64,000 bases of DNA from Candidatus Cloacimonadota bacterium (GTDB taxonomy: Bacteria > Cloacimonadota > Cloacimonadia > Cloacimonadales > PWNZ01): NCBI GenBank assembly GCA_003564155.1, contig PWOA01000092.1, forward strand, positions 4,375 to 68,374, read 5' to 3'. Position 1 is the first letter of the stretch. The number at the start of each line of letters is the position of its first letter. Below the pieces are notes generated by a model. The model saw only the letters and a program-made list of their open reading frames with translations, did not search any database and was not told the origin of the DNA. Of this stretch, positions 22,716 to 31,537 are shown one piece after another. The translations under genes were made by a program, and so were the position numbers.

Positions 22716-23462
22716 TTAAAGAGCATACATTAATAAGAAAGCTATAACTAATGAATATATTGCAGTAGATTCTGTTACTGCAGCACCGACAAACATAGTT
22801 CGCATAATAGTCGTTCTTTCACGAGGATAACGTCCTATCATATCGCTTGCTTTTCCTGCAACAAAACCAATTGCTGTCCCCGGTCCAAAAGTACCAAAAC
22901 CAATACACAAACCGGCTCCCAAGTAAGATACCGATCTCATAATTTGTTGATTTAAAGTAAGGTGTGAAAATTCGGGAATAGCATACAATAATAATAAAGC
23001 AACAACTAATGCAAATATAGAGCTAGCTTGTGATAATGCTTGACCGATAAGCATATTTCCCATTATCTCGTTACCCTTAGTGGGCATTCTGGAAAGAGCT
23101 GAGCAAGCGTAACCGCCAGCATATCCGGACCCAAATCCAGGACCGACACTGCCCAATCCCATTGCTATTCCTCCAGCTAATAATGCAGCAGCTTTAACTA
23201 TTCCGCCTTCGACATCTAATCCACCAAAAAGGAGTAATAAGGATATTACTAATGAAAATATTGCACCTGTTTCCGTGACAGCTTGACTGACCAACATAGT
23301 TCTGGATAGTTGATCAGAAGTTTTTGGCTGTCTCATTAAAGCAAAGTTAGCTAATCCGGCGGTATATCCTTCTCCGTATCCAGCACTTAATGATGCAAAT
23401 GAAACACTAATCGCCGCTCCCAAGTATGCAGCTATTTGTACTAATTCAATACTATCAATCAT
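22716..23462 (-). CDS. atpE: Triplicated (three-hairpin, 6-TM) ATP synthase c subunit
   Basis: Three tandem c repeats with loops RQP, RMP, RYP; carboxylate positions E64, Q145, E231; located between atpB and the short atpE. Confidence 0.92.
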   Translation of the reverse strand: MIDSIELVQIAAYLGAAISVSFASLSAGYGEGYTAGLANFALMRQPKTSDQLSRTMLVSQAVTETGAIFSLVISLLLLFGGLDVEGGIVKAAALLAGGIAMGLGSVGPGFGSGYAGGYACSALSRMPTKGNEIMGNMLIGQALSQASSIFALVVALLLLYAIPEFSHLTLNQQIMRSVSYLGAGLCIGFGTFGPGTAIGFVAGKASDMIGRYPRERTTIMRTMFVGAAVTESTAIYSLVIAFLLMYAL

Positions 23463-23471
23463 TTTTTTCTC

Positions 23472-24371
23472 TTAATCAAATATTTCTACAGCAATGTAAC
23501 TCATTGCTAACATTGTGAATACAAACGCCTGTAGTGTGCCAATAAATAGTCCAAAAAACATGTTTAATCCTACAGGCAAGATAATAAAACGAACTAAAGA
23601 TGAAATCACTAACAATATAATAGCTCCTCCAAGCACATTACCGAATAGACGAAACGATATCGATATACCCTTGGAGAGTTCCCCAACTACATTAATAGGT
23701 GCCATAGGCAAAAAAGGTTCTGCATAACCTTTTAAATATTTAGTTAACCCCTTATGCTTTAACGACATAAAATGTACAACTCCAACTACTAATATCCCCA
23801 TACCAAAAGGAACGTTTATATTTCTGGTAGGCTCCATGAAACCGGGTATAGGTATCAAGCCAATTAAGTTACAGCTCCATATAAAAATAAATATGGTCAA
23901 AACGTATGAGGTAAAATGAGTTTTATCTTTACCTAAAGTCTCTCTAGTCAGATCTTCGAAAAAACTATACATCATTTCAAACACTATCTGCTTTTTAGTA
24001 GGGATAAGGGCAATGGATTTCCTGACCAGATACACAATAATAAGAAGAACAATATTAACAATGATTAGCATCCTTATTAATTCAAAAGCATAGAGAGTCT
24101 TTTCACCAAAAAAAGTTGCAAAAAAACCATGTAATCTTTCACTACCGTAAATTGTAGGCGTAACTCCTTTGGCTTTAAAATACTCATCAGGTTGAAACTC
24201 TTCCATGATCCTGTCTTGAATAGTCATTGGATATTCACTATTCCAAATCGAAAACTTACCGGTATCTGGATGTAAACCAATATTCAATTTATAATCAATC
24301 CCAAAAGATAGAATTGCTTGAATAACAATAAAAAACAATAACAGTCTAAAAAAAGTCTTCTTGCTCATCAA
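23472..24371 (-). CDS. atpB: ATP synthase a subunit with N-terminal extension
   Basis: NLIGLIP...PT.N.N, ISISFRLFGN (essential Arg), LQAFVFTML...YI. Confidence 0.95.
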   Translation of the reverse strand: MMSKKTFFRLLLFFIVIQAILSFGIDYKLNIGLHPDTGKFSIWNSEYPMTIQDRIMEEFQPDEYFKAKGVTPTIYGSERLHGFFATFFGEKTLYAFELIRMLIIVNIVLLIIVYLVRKSIALIPTKKQIVFEMMYSFFEDLTRETLGKDKTHFTSYVLTIFIFIWSCNLIGLIPIPGFMEPTRNINVPFGMGILVVGVVHFMSLKHKGLTKYLKGYAEPFLPMAPINVVGELSKGISISFRLFGNVLGGAIILLVISSLVRFIILPVGLNMFFGLFIGTLQAFVFTMLAMSYIAVEIFD

Positions 24372-24517
24372 CGGTTCATTTTCCTTATATTCTCGTTAAA
24401 ATGTCTATAAAACATGTTTAGTTATAATTAATAACTCTACTAATACAACATAATCTTTTACGTCCTAACAATAAAATAAAACATAAATCGGTTATTTGGA
24501 TGATAAAAAATAACCAT

Positions 24518-24901
24518 TTACTTTTTCTTCCTATTAACTAATTCGTAAATATAATATCCATAAACAGTTAGTTGAACACTAACTAAAGCCAAACCATAAA
24601 CCAGTATGTCAGGCTTAAGCAATACAACAATTATTACAGAATATACAGCTAATGCTACAAAACGGAAATTAAACAATTTAAAACTGTTTAATTTAGAACT
24701 GTGAGGTTCCTTGCTCATACTGCTATTCACATTATGTGACAGCCAGTAAAAATTCAAACTACTTGCTACAGTTCCGGTAATCCATCCAATTGCCTGACTA
24801 TACATCGAGGGCAAAAACAATATGGCTGGTATATTTGTCAAGCAAACTATGAAAATTATCCGTTTGACATAATTATCATAGCCGGTTTTTATCTTCATCA
24901 T
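24518..24901 (-). CDS. atpI: ATP synthase assembly protein I
   Basis: Four hydrophobic helices, G...S.LNF and RF motifs; directly upstream of atpB. Confidence 0.75.
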   Translation of the reverse strand: MMKIKTGYDNYVKRIIFIVCLTNIPAILFLPSMYSQAIGWITGTVASSLNFYWLSHNVNSSMSKEPHSSKLNSFKLFNFRFVALAVYSVIIVVLLKPDILVYGLALVSVQLTVYGYYIYELVNRKKK

Positions 24902-25118
24902 AGAATTTCTTTAAGTGTTTATAGTTCAAATATATACCTGATAGTACACCTAATACTATACCTATTGCTAAAATAACGTATCCTGTGTTAAATGTTTTTT
25001 CGATGTATAAAAATATGAAGAAAAATACCAACAGACTAATAACTATATTCAAACCTAGACGTCCTATCATACTTATAGAACGAAGTATTTCTTTATCAGC
25101 TAATATTTTTCTTAACAA
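24876..25118 (-). CDS. AtpZ/'gene 1' family two-helix ATP synthase accessory protein
   Basis: 80 aa, two TM helices with IEK.FNT...G..LG..SG pattern; first gene of the atp cluster. Confidence 0.7.
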   Translation of the reverse strand: MLRKILADKEILRSISMIGRLGLNIVISLLVFFFIFLYIEKTFNTGYVILAIGIVLGVLSGIYLNYKHLKKFYDEDKNRL

Positions 25119-25131
25119 ATATCTGACCTAA

Positions 25132-25545
25132 TTACCATTTATCTTGCCAGTTGTTAGCTTTTTCTGTTCCTGCACTTCCTTCTTTTTCACCCGCACTTAA
25201 AATTGGTTTCTTATCTCCGGTATGGCAATGACCTGAAATAATTGCACCTGAGTGAACAGTTAATGTCTTAGCAACAATATCACCTTTTATTCTAGCACTC
25301 TTGTCGAGTTCAAGCTCTTCAGAAACTTTTATATTCCCGTCCAGTTGTCCGGTCACAAGACATTCTTTAGCTGTAATATTAGCTTTTGCCTTGCCGGATA
25401 AACCTATGGCAACAAAACCATCAGCATTTAATGTCCCTTCTATAGTACCATCGATTCTAATTCCACCGCTAATTTTTAGCTCTCCTTTAATGACGCTATT
25501 TTTCCCAATAATTGTCGAAAGTTCAACCTTACGATTTTTTAGCAT
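25132..25545 (-). CDS. Bactofilin (polymer-forming cytoskeletal protein)
   Basis: STIIGKNSVIKGEL...GIRIDGTIEG...GAIISG beta-helix repeats; AAGGAG RBS before ATG 25545. Confidence 0.9.
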   Translation of the reverse strand: MLKNRKVELSTIIGKNSVIKGELKISGGIRIDGTIEGTLNADGFVAIGLSGKAKANITAKECLVTGQLDGNIKVSEELELDKSARIKGDIVAKTLTVHSGAIISGHCHTGDKKPILSAGEKEGSAGTEKANNWQDKW

Positions 25546-25577
25546 TATTGACTCCTTATGCAAAATTTTGAAAATAT

Positions 25578-26291
25578 TTATTCTTTAGTATTGTAATCTA
25601 TATAGTTTGCCAAATTCATCGGATCTGTATTATCTCCTCGATATATGATTTCAAAATGTAAGTGGGGTGCTGGGCTGAAACCTGAACTACCTACCAACCC
25701 AATCGTTTGCCGTTTTTCCACGAATATACCTGGCTCAAAAAATGTTTTTGCTAAGTGTGCATAAAAACTTATATAATGGTTTAAATGATCAATAATCACA
25801 ACATTGCCGAAATACTTATCTTCATATACCGACTTAATAACACCAGCTGCAGTGGCGACAACTTCCGTTCCTAGAGGTGCTGCTAGATCTATACCTTTAT
25901 GGTTATCTGAAAAATATTGGCTAATTTCGAATCTATCAACAATTGGAATAACATTAGGGATAAATCTTTGTTTAAGTTGATAATCATGAAGATCATTCCT
26001 TAACTCTTCCGTTGATACCGATAAGTCCGGATGATATTGTTGGTTATTGTAATCTCTTAAGTAATTCTCCAATAATTCGCGGATTTTTATAGTTTTGGGG
26101 ATATCGAACCTTTGGTTTGAATTTGATTCAAATTGCTTTATTTTATCTTGAAGATTATTTAAGTAAACCATTAATGCTTCGTTCTCTTCTTTGTTACTCT
26201 CGAGTCTACTGTTGAGAGAAATGTTTTCATAGATTAAATACATGTTAGCAAAAAGCAATATTATGCATATAAATATTAAAATCTTCATCAA
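25578..26291 (-). CDS. Membrane-anchored M23 family peptidoglycan endopeptidase
   Basis: N-terminal TM, coiled coil, HKGID, YAHL, HLHFE. Confidence 0.9.
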   Translation of the reverse strand: MMKILIFICIILLFANMYLIYENISLNSRLESNKEENEALMVYLNNLQDKIKQFESNSNQRFDIPKTIKIRELLENYLRDYNNQQYHPDLSVSTEELRNDLHDYQLKQRFIPNVIPIVDRFEISQYFSDNHKGIDLAAPLGTEVVATAAGVIKSVYEDKYFGNVVIIDHLNHYISFYAHLAKTFFEPGIFVEKRQTIGLVGSSGFSPAPHLHFEIIYRGDNTDPMNLANYIDYNTKE

Positions 26292-26368
26292 GCTACCTCT
26301 AGAGATCTTTGCTAAAAAAATTGGGGCAAGTTAGTATCATAATTTCATATATATCCAAGTATATATTG

Positions 26369-27235
26369 TCACAGCTTCTTTCCCGGTATAAAAGTGCTAA
26401 AAAGTTTTTGTAATTCTTCCTCACTTCTATAATGTATAGAAATTTTACCTCCCTTTTTACCTTCTTCAACTTTTACCGGCATGGACAATTTTTCTCCAAT
26501 TTGATGCTGAATATAGCTGAGGTAGGATTTACGTTCCTTATTCTCTTCCGGATCATTATTATTTTTATCTTCTTTGTTCGAAAGTCTTCTTAACCAATGT
26601 TCAGTTTCCCTTACCGAATAATTTCTCTTGATGACCATATCGGCATAATTTGATTGATCTTTAATATCCAATTGTAGTAATGCTCGACCATGTCCGGGGC
26701 TTATCTTGCCTGAGGAGATAAAGTTTTGGACCTTACTGTCCAGTTTAAGTAACCTAACTGTATTAGTTACAGTCACTCTCTCTTTACCCATAAGTTTGGC
26801 AATATCCTGATGTGTTAAATTAAACTGTTCTTGGAGCTGTTGGTATGCTTTAGCTTCTTCAATGGGATTAAGATTCTCTCTTTGAATGTTTTCAATTAAT
26901 GCAAACTGAAGCTGTTCACGGGGTGATACACATCTGATTATTACCGGAACTTCGTTAAAACCTGCAATTTTTGCTGCTTCTAAACGCCTCTCACCAGCTA
27001 TTAGTTCATATTCTGATTTGGAATTCTTTGTGACGATAATAGGCTGTATCATTCCGCTTTCAGCCAGTGAATTGGCTAATTCATTAAGCTTTTCTTCGTC
27101 AAATACATGTCTAGGCTGATAAGGATTAGGATGAATATTCCCAATTTTTATTGTTGCAATCCCCGTATTTTTATCAATTGATTCTTGCCCTGTTGAAATA
27201 AGTGCTTCCAGTCCACGTCCTAATCTTTTATTCAT
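26369..27235 (-). CDS. parB: Chromosome partitioning protein ParB
   Basis: LGRGLEAL, PNPYQPR, IAGERR, ENIQRENL, HTH. Confidence 0.95.
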   Translation of the reverse strand: MNKRLGRGLEALISTGQESIDKNTGIATIKIGNIHPNPYQPRHVFDEEKLNELANSLAESGMIQPIIVTKNSKSEYELIAGERRLEAAKIAGFNEVPVIIRCVSPREQLQFALIENIQRENLNPIEEAKAYQQLQEQFNLTHQDIAKLMGKERVTVTNTVRLLKLDSKVQNFISSGKISPGHGRALLQLDIKDQSNYADMVIKRNYSVRETEHWLRRLSNKEDKNNNDPEENKERKSYLSYIQHQIGEKLSMPVKVEEGKKGGKISIHYRSEEELQKLFSTFIPGKKL

Positions 27236-27990
27236 CTTGTTAATAACTCCGTTGCTAGTTGAAGATAATTTTTTGCACCTGCCGATGTAATATCATAGTG
27301 AAAAATCGGTTTACCAAAACTCGGTGCTTCTCCTAATTTAACGTTACGGCCTATCATGGTATCAAATATTTTCTCTTTAAAATAACGTCTAACTTCCTTA
27401 GCTACTTGTAAGGATAAGTTAAGTCTTTTATCATACATTGTTAAAACAACGCCTAAAATGTTTAATTCAGTATTAAGATTTCTTTTTATCAATCTTATCG
27501 TGTTAAGTAATTGACTAACACCTTCCAATGCATAGTACTCACATTGTATCGGTATTAAAACATCAGTTGCGGCAGTTAAAGCATTAATAGTCAGCAAACC
27601 TAATGAAGGAGGACAATCAATAATCAAGTATTCATAATCATTCTTAACTAAATTTAGTGCCTCTTTCAATTTATTCTCTCGAGCAAATTCTCTTACTAAC
27701 TCTATTTCAGCTCCTGTCAGATCAATATTACTGGGAATAATATCTAAATTCTTCACGTCCGTTTGTCGTATGGCTTCCGTTGCCTTAGATCTATGAATTA
27801 GAACATCATACATATGTTTTTCAAGATTTTCTTTATCAAATCCGAATGCACTGGTCGTATTACCTTGTGGATCCAGATCGAGAAGCAGAGTTCTATGCTC
27901 ATAAATGCCAAGAGCTGAAGCTAAATTTACTGCTGTGGTTGTCTTGCCGACACCACCTTTTTGATTAACGATAGCTACTATTCTACTCAT
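27232..27990 (-). CDS. parA: Chromosome partitioning ATPase ParA/Soj
   Basis: NQKGGVGKTT, DLDPQGN, DCPPSLG, EAPSFG. Confidence 0.95.
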   Translation of the reverse strand: MSRIVAIVNQKGGVGKTTTAVNLASALGIYEHRTLLLDLDPQGNTTSAFGFDKENLEKHMYDVLIHRSKATEAIRQTDVKNLDIIPSNIDLTGAEIELVREFARENKLKEALNLVKNDYEYLIIDCPPSLGLLTINALTAATDVLIPIQCEYYALEGVSQLLNTIRLIKRNLNTELNILGVVLTMYDKRLNLSLQVAKEVRRYFKEKIFDTMIGRNVKLGEAPSFGKPIFHYDITSAGAKNYLQLATELLTR

Positions 27991-28643
27991 GATAAGACTT
28001 TTTGTTTTTTTATCTTAATTAATTTCCTTTCCTTTTCAGGGAAATCTATTCCATCAAATATTTCTGTTTCCAGGTTTACCAATTCCTTTTCTAGCCTTTT
28101 CGCTTTATACAAAATAACATAACCAGTATCATTCAGTAACGACATCATCGTTTTTAATAAAATATTTGTTATTGCAACTGACCTGCAAACAATCACATCA
28201 TAAGCTGTCGTTGCTAAGCCATTGACTAATACTAGTTTTCTTCCAATTTCTTCCAAACGTTTACATAATACATAACAATTATCTAAGTCAAGTTTTTTTA
28301 TCATTATCTCTATTTGTTCAATTTTTTTTAACCTTGAATCCAGTAAATGCATAATCATCTTATCTTGCATTATCGCTAAAGGTATTCCTGGCAGACCTGC
28401 TCCAGTCCCAAAATCTAACACTTTCTTTCCTGAAAAGTCAAATCCGTAAAGTAAAGGTAACAAAGAATCATAAAAATGGTTTAACCAGATATCTTCAGGT
28501 AGAATTTTTCGTGAAAAAAGGTTAATACGTTTATTTGCCTTTATTAAAAGAGTGTGATAATCTTCAAATAATTGCGCAGTTTTACCATAATTTGAAGAAT
28601 TAGCCGCTAAATAATCCATAAAAAAACTTTTCGAATGTTTCAT
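27987..28643 (-). CDS. rsmG: 16S rRNA m7G527 methyltransferase
   Basis: N..INL, HFYDSL, LDFGTGAGLPGIPL, LLDSRLKK; upstream of parA. Confidence 0.9.
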   Translation of the reverse strand: MKHSKSFFMDYLAANSSNYGKTAQLFEDYHTLLIKANKRINLFSRKILPEDIWLNHFYDSLLPLLYGFDFSGKKVLDFGTGAGLPGIPLAIMQDKMIMHLLDSRLKKIEQIEIMIKKLDLDNCYVLCKRLEEIGRKLVLVNGLATTAYDVIVCRSVAITNILLKTMMSLLNDTGYVILYKAKRLEKELVNLETEIFDGIDFPEKERKLIKIKKQKVLS

Positions 28644-28759
28644 TGAATATCTAACCTACATTTATTCTGACTGTCATTATAACTCTAATTCTCCGTCAAA
28701 CAGATAGTTAAATAAGGATAGAAGTCTAAATCTGACATTATTAAGCATAAAAATAAGTC

Positions 28760-29704
28760 TTATTTTTCAATAACAGTACCCGTCTTACCTTCTAACGCAT
28801 CTCCAATCTTCTCGGCTGATGTAATGATAACTTTTGAACCGCCTGCTGTTAAAAAATTGATAGCAGCTTGAATTTTTGGACCCATACTTCCAGCAGGAAA
28901 ATGGCCTTCATCATAAAGCATTTTAGCTTCTTTTACCATTATGTTATCTAAGTCTTTTTGGTTGGGTTTACCAAAGTTAATGGCAACTTTATCAACTCCA
29001 GTCAGGATCATAAGCAAATCGGCCTCAATCTCATTTGCTAGCAAAGCAGATGCAAAATCTTTATCTATAACCGCATCTCCACCTTGTAATAATCCATCTT
29101 CATCGTAATAAACAGGTATTCCTCCACCTCCGCAAGCGATAACTAAAACTCCTTCTTCAACTAACTCTCTAATTATTCCAGCCTGAAGAATATCCTTTGG
29201 TATTGGGGACGGAACTATTTGCCGGTAACCTCTACCGGCATCTTCTCGGATATACCATCCAAATTCTCGGTAAAGCCTTTCCGCCTCTTCTTTAGTATAG
29301 AAGGGACCGACCGGTTTAGTAGGTTTTTTAAAACTTTCATCATCTTTATCTATGACCACCTGAGTTATTATCGTAACCACTTTGTTTGTCAAACCTTCTT
29401 GATGGAGTTTATTCTCAATACATTGACCAATCATATAACCCATAGTACCCTCAGTGGCAGCATTTAAAAAAGATAAAGGAAGAGGTGTAACTCCCATTTT
29501 CACACCGGCATGTTGTTGTATAAGAAGATTGCCTACTTGAGGTCCATTACCATGTGTGATTACCAGTTGATAATCTTTTTTAACTAATTCAATAACACCT
29601 GTTATATTTTCCATTGTATTGTTAAATTGTTCTGAAACTGTTCCTTTTTGTCCAGCTTTGAGTATTGCGTTGCCCCCTAATGCTAAGACAGCTTTTTTTT
29701 TCAT
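28760..29704 (-). CDS. arcC: Carbamate kinase
   Basis: ALGGNA, THGNGPQVG, PTKPVG, GGGGIPV, AVIDKD, GSMGPK. Confidence 0.95.
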   Translation of the reverse strand: MKKKAVLALGGNAILKAGQKGTVSEQFNNTMENITGVIELVKKDYQLVITHGNGPQVGNLLIQQHAGVKMGVTPLPLSFLNAATEGTMGYMIGQCIENKLHQEGLTNKVVTIITQVVIDKDDESFKKPTKPVGPFYTKEEAERLYREFGWYIREDAGRGYRQIVPSPIPKDILQAGIIRELVEEGVLVIACGGGGIPVYYDEDGLLQGGDAVIDKDFASALLANEIEADLLMILTGVDKVAINFGKPNQKDLDNIMVKEAKMLYDEGHFPAGSMGPKIQAAINFLTAGGSKVIITSAEKIGDALEGKTGTVIEK

Positions 29705-29892
29705 GAAACCTCCAATTTTTTATCATTTTTAGGTGCTAAGTGGGAAGAAAATTCGAGTAGAGATAAATATGGGCAGACCTAGATAATATTTTGTCGCTAA
29801 TAAACAACTAAGTATTATTTTCGGTCTGCCCTAATCTCTAAGTTAGCTTTAGCCACTAAGTTAGTGAAGAGATTATGATTATTTAGTTATAT

Positions 29893-29921
29893 ATTTTAGT
29901 TGTCTAAGTACGGTTTGTCAA
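29893..29921 (-). promoter_or_regulatory. Sigma70-type promoter for arcC
   Basis: Minus strand TTGACA (29921-29916), 17-nt spacer, TAAAAT (29898-29893); implies a leader of about 180 nt. Confidence 0.6.
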
Positions 29922-29939
29922 TCAATTATTTAGAATTTC

Positions 29940-31262
29940 TTAGTAAATATTAAAATCCTTCAATATCTCTTCGAAAGTAGGTGAACCAATTTCTTGAGTT
30001 TCGAAAGTTACCCTTGCTATTGGTTTATTCACTTTTATTATTCTGGAAAGATCAATCGGAGTTGCGGAAACTATAACATCACAATCTACATTGTTAATTG
30101 TAGTTTCTAAGTCTTGGATTTGTTGTTGACTGTAACCCATTGCCGGCAACAATAAACCTATGTCAGGATATTTTTCAAAAGTCTCGGCTATAGTTCCTAC
30201 TGCTGCTTCTCGAGGATCAACTAATTCATCAGCTCCAAATTTCATCGCCGCTACAACACCTTCTCCAAACTCCATATTACCATGAGTATGGGTAGGACCA
30301 TCTTCTATAACTAATACTCGTTTACCTTTAATAATTTCCGAATTCTGAACTCTGACTGGTAATGCAGCATCAACTACAGTAGCACCCGGATTGTATTCGC
30401 GGATATTATCGCGTACTTCGATAATTTCATTAAGATCACTGGTATCGATCCTATTGATAACGACAACATCTGCCATAAGAAGATTTGTTTCACCGGGATA
30501 ATAAGTCAGTTCATCACCGGCTCTACGGGGATCTGTTATTACAATGTTTAACTGTTTATCAGAACAATAGAAAGATGAATCATTATTTCCTCCGTCCCAA
30601 ATAATAACATCAGCTTCCTTTTCAGCTTCTTTGAGAATTGCCCCATAATCAATTCCTGCGTAGATTATACTGCCCATCTCGACATGAGGTTCATATTCTT
30701 CCATTTCTTCGATTGTACAGTCATGTTTTTTAAGGTCTTCTAATGATGCAAATCGCTGAACTTTTTGGGCATCTAAGTCACCATAAGGCATTGGATGCCG
30801 GATAGAGACTACCTTTAAACCTTTAGATTTCAATAGTCTAACTATAGGTCTGCTAGTTTCGCTTTTCCCGACTCCTGTTCGAACACCACATACGTTGATC
30901 AAAGGTTTACTAGTTTTAATCATCGTATTTTTGGTACCTAATAACCAGAAATCTGCTCCAATTGCATTTACTAATGATGCTTTATGCATGACCTCTTCAT
31001 GGGTAATATCACTGTAAGCAAAAACCACACAATCAACCTCTAATTCGTCAACAAGATTCTTTAGATTATCTTCGGAATAGATTGGTATTCCTTCCGGATA
31101 GAGTTTACCGGCTAAAGATGACGGATAAGATTTACCGTCAATATTGGGTATCTGCGTTGCAGTAAAAGCTACTACCTCATAAGCATCATTATCACGAAAA
31201 CAGACATTAAAATTATGGAAATCTCTACCTGCTGCTCCCATAATTATTACTCGTTTCTTCAT
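29940..31262 (-). CDS. COG2403 P-loop protein (cDPGS-like), probable arginine synthetase ArcE
   Basis: GAAGRDFHNFN, AFTATQIP, RTGVGKS, RHPMPYG, WDGGNND, EDGPT, PAMGY; directly upstream of carbamate kinase. Confidence 0.75.
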   Translation of the reverse strand: MKKRVIIMGAAGRDFHNFNVCFRDNDAYEVVAFTATQIPNIDGKSYPSSLAGKLYPEGIPIYSEDNLKNLVDELEVDCVVFAYSDITHEEVMHKASLVNAIGADFWLLGTKNTMIKTSKPLINVCGVRTGVGKSETSRPIVRLLKSKGLKVVSIRHPMPYGDLDAQKVQRFASLEDLKKHDCTIEEMEEYEPHVEMGSIIYAGIDYGAILKEAEKEADVIIWDGGNNDSSFYCSDKQLNIVITDPRRAGDELTYYPGETNLLMADVVVINRIDTSDLNEIIEVRDNIREYNPGATVVDAALPVRVQNSEIIKGKRVLVIEDGPTHTHGNMEFGEGVVAAMKFGADELVDPREAAVGTIAETFEKYPDIGLLLPAMGYSQQQIQDLETTINNVDCDVIVSATPIDLSRIIKVNKPIARVTFETQEIGSPTFEEILKDFNIY

Positions 31263-31537
31263 TATAAACCTCCATTTATTTCATAATCAATTATTGTTAC
31301 CAGATTCTTTAACACCCGCTTATGGTCAAGATATTTCGATAAATTACTAATATTATTGAGGATAATACCTTTCTACTTGTTATTATTTAAGAAATTATTA
31401 ACGAATTAAATACACCATAGCAAAGATAATAAATCTGGAAAATACTCCCATAAATACTATAGATAAAGCTAAAGTAGCAAAAATCTCTTGACACTAATCA
31501 ATATAATATGCGCATGTTTACGTAAAAGGAGATAAAA

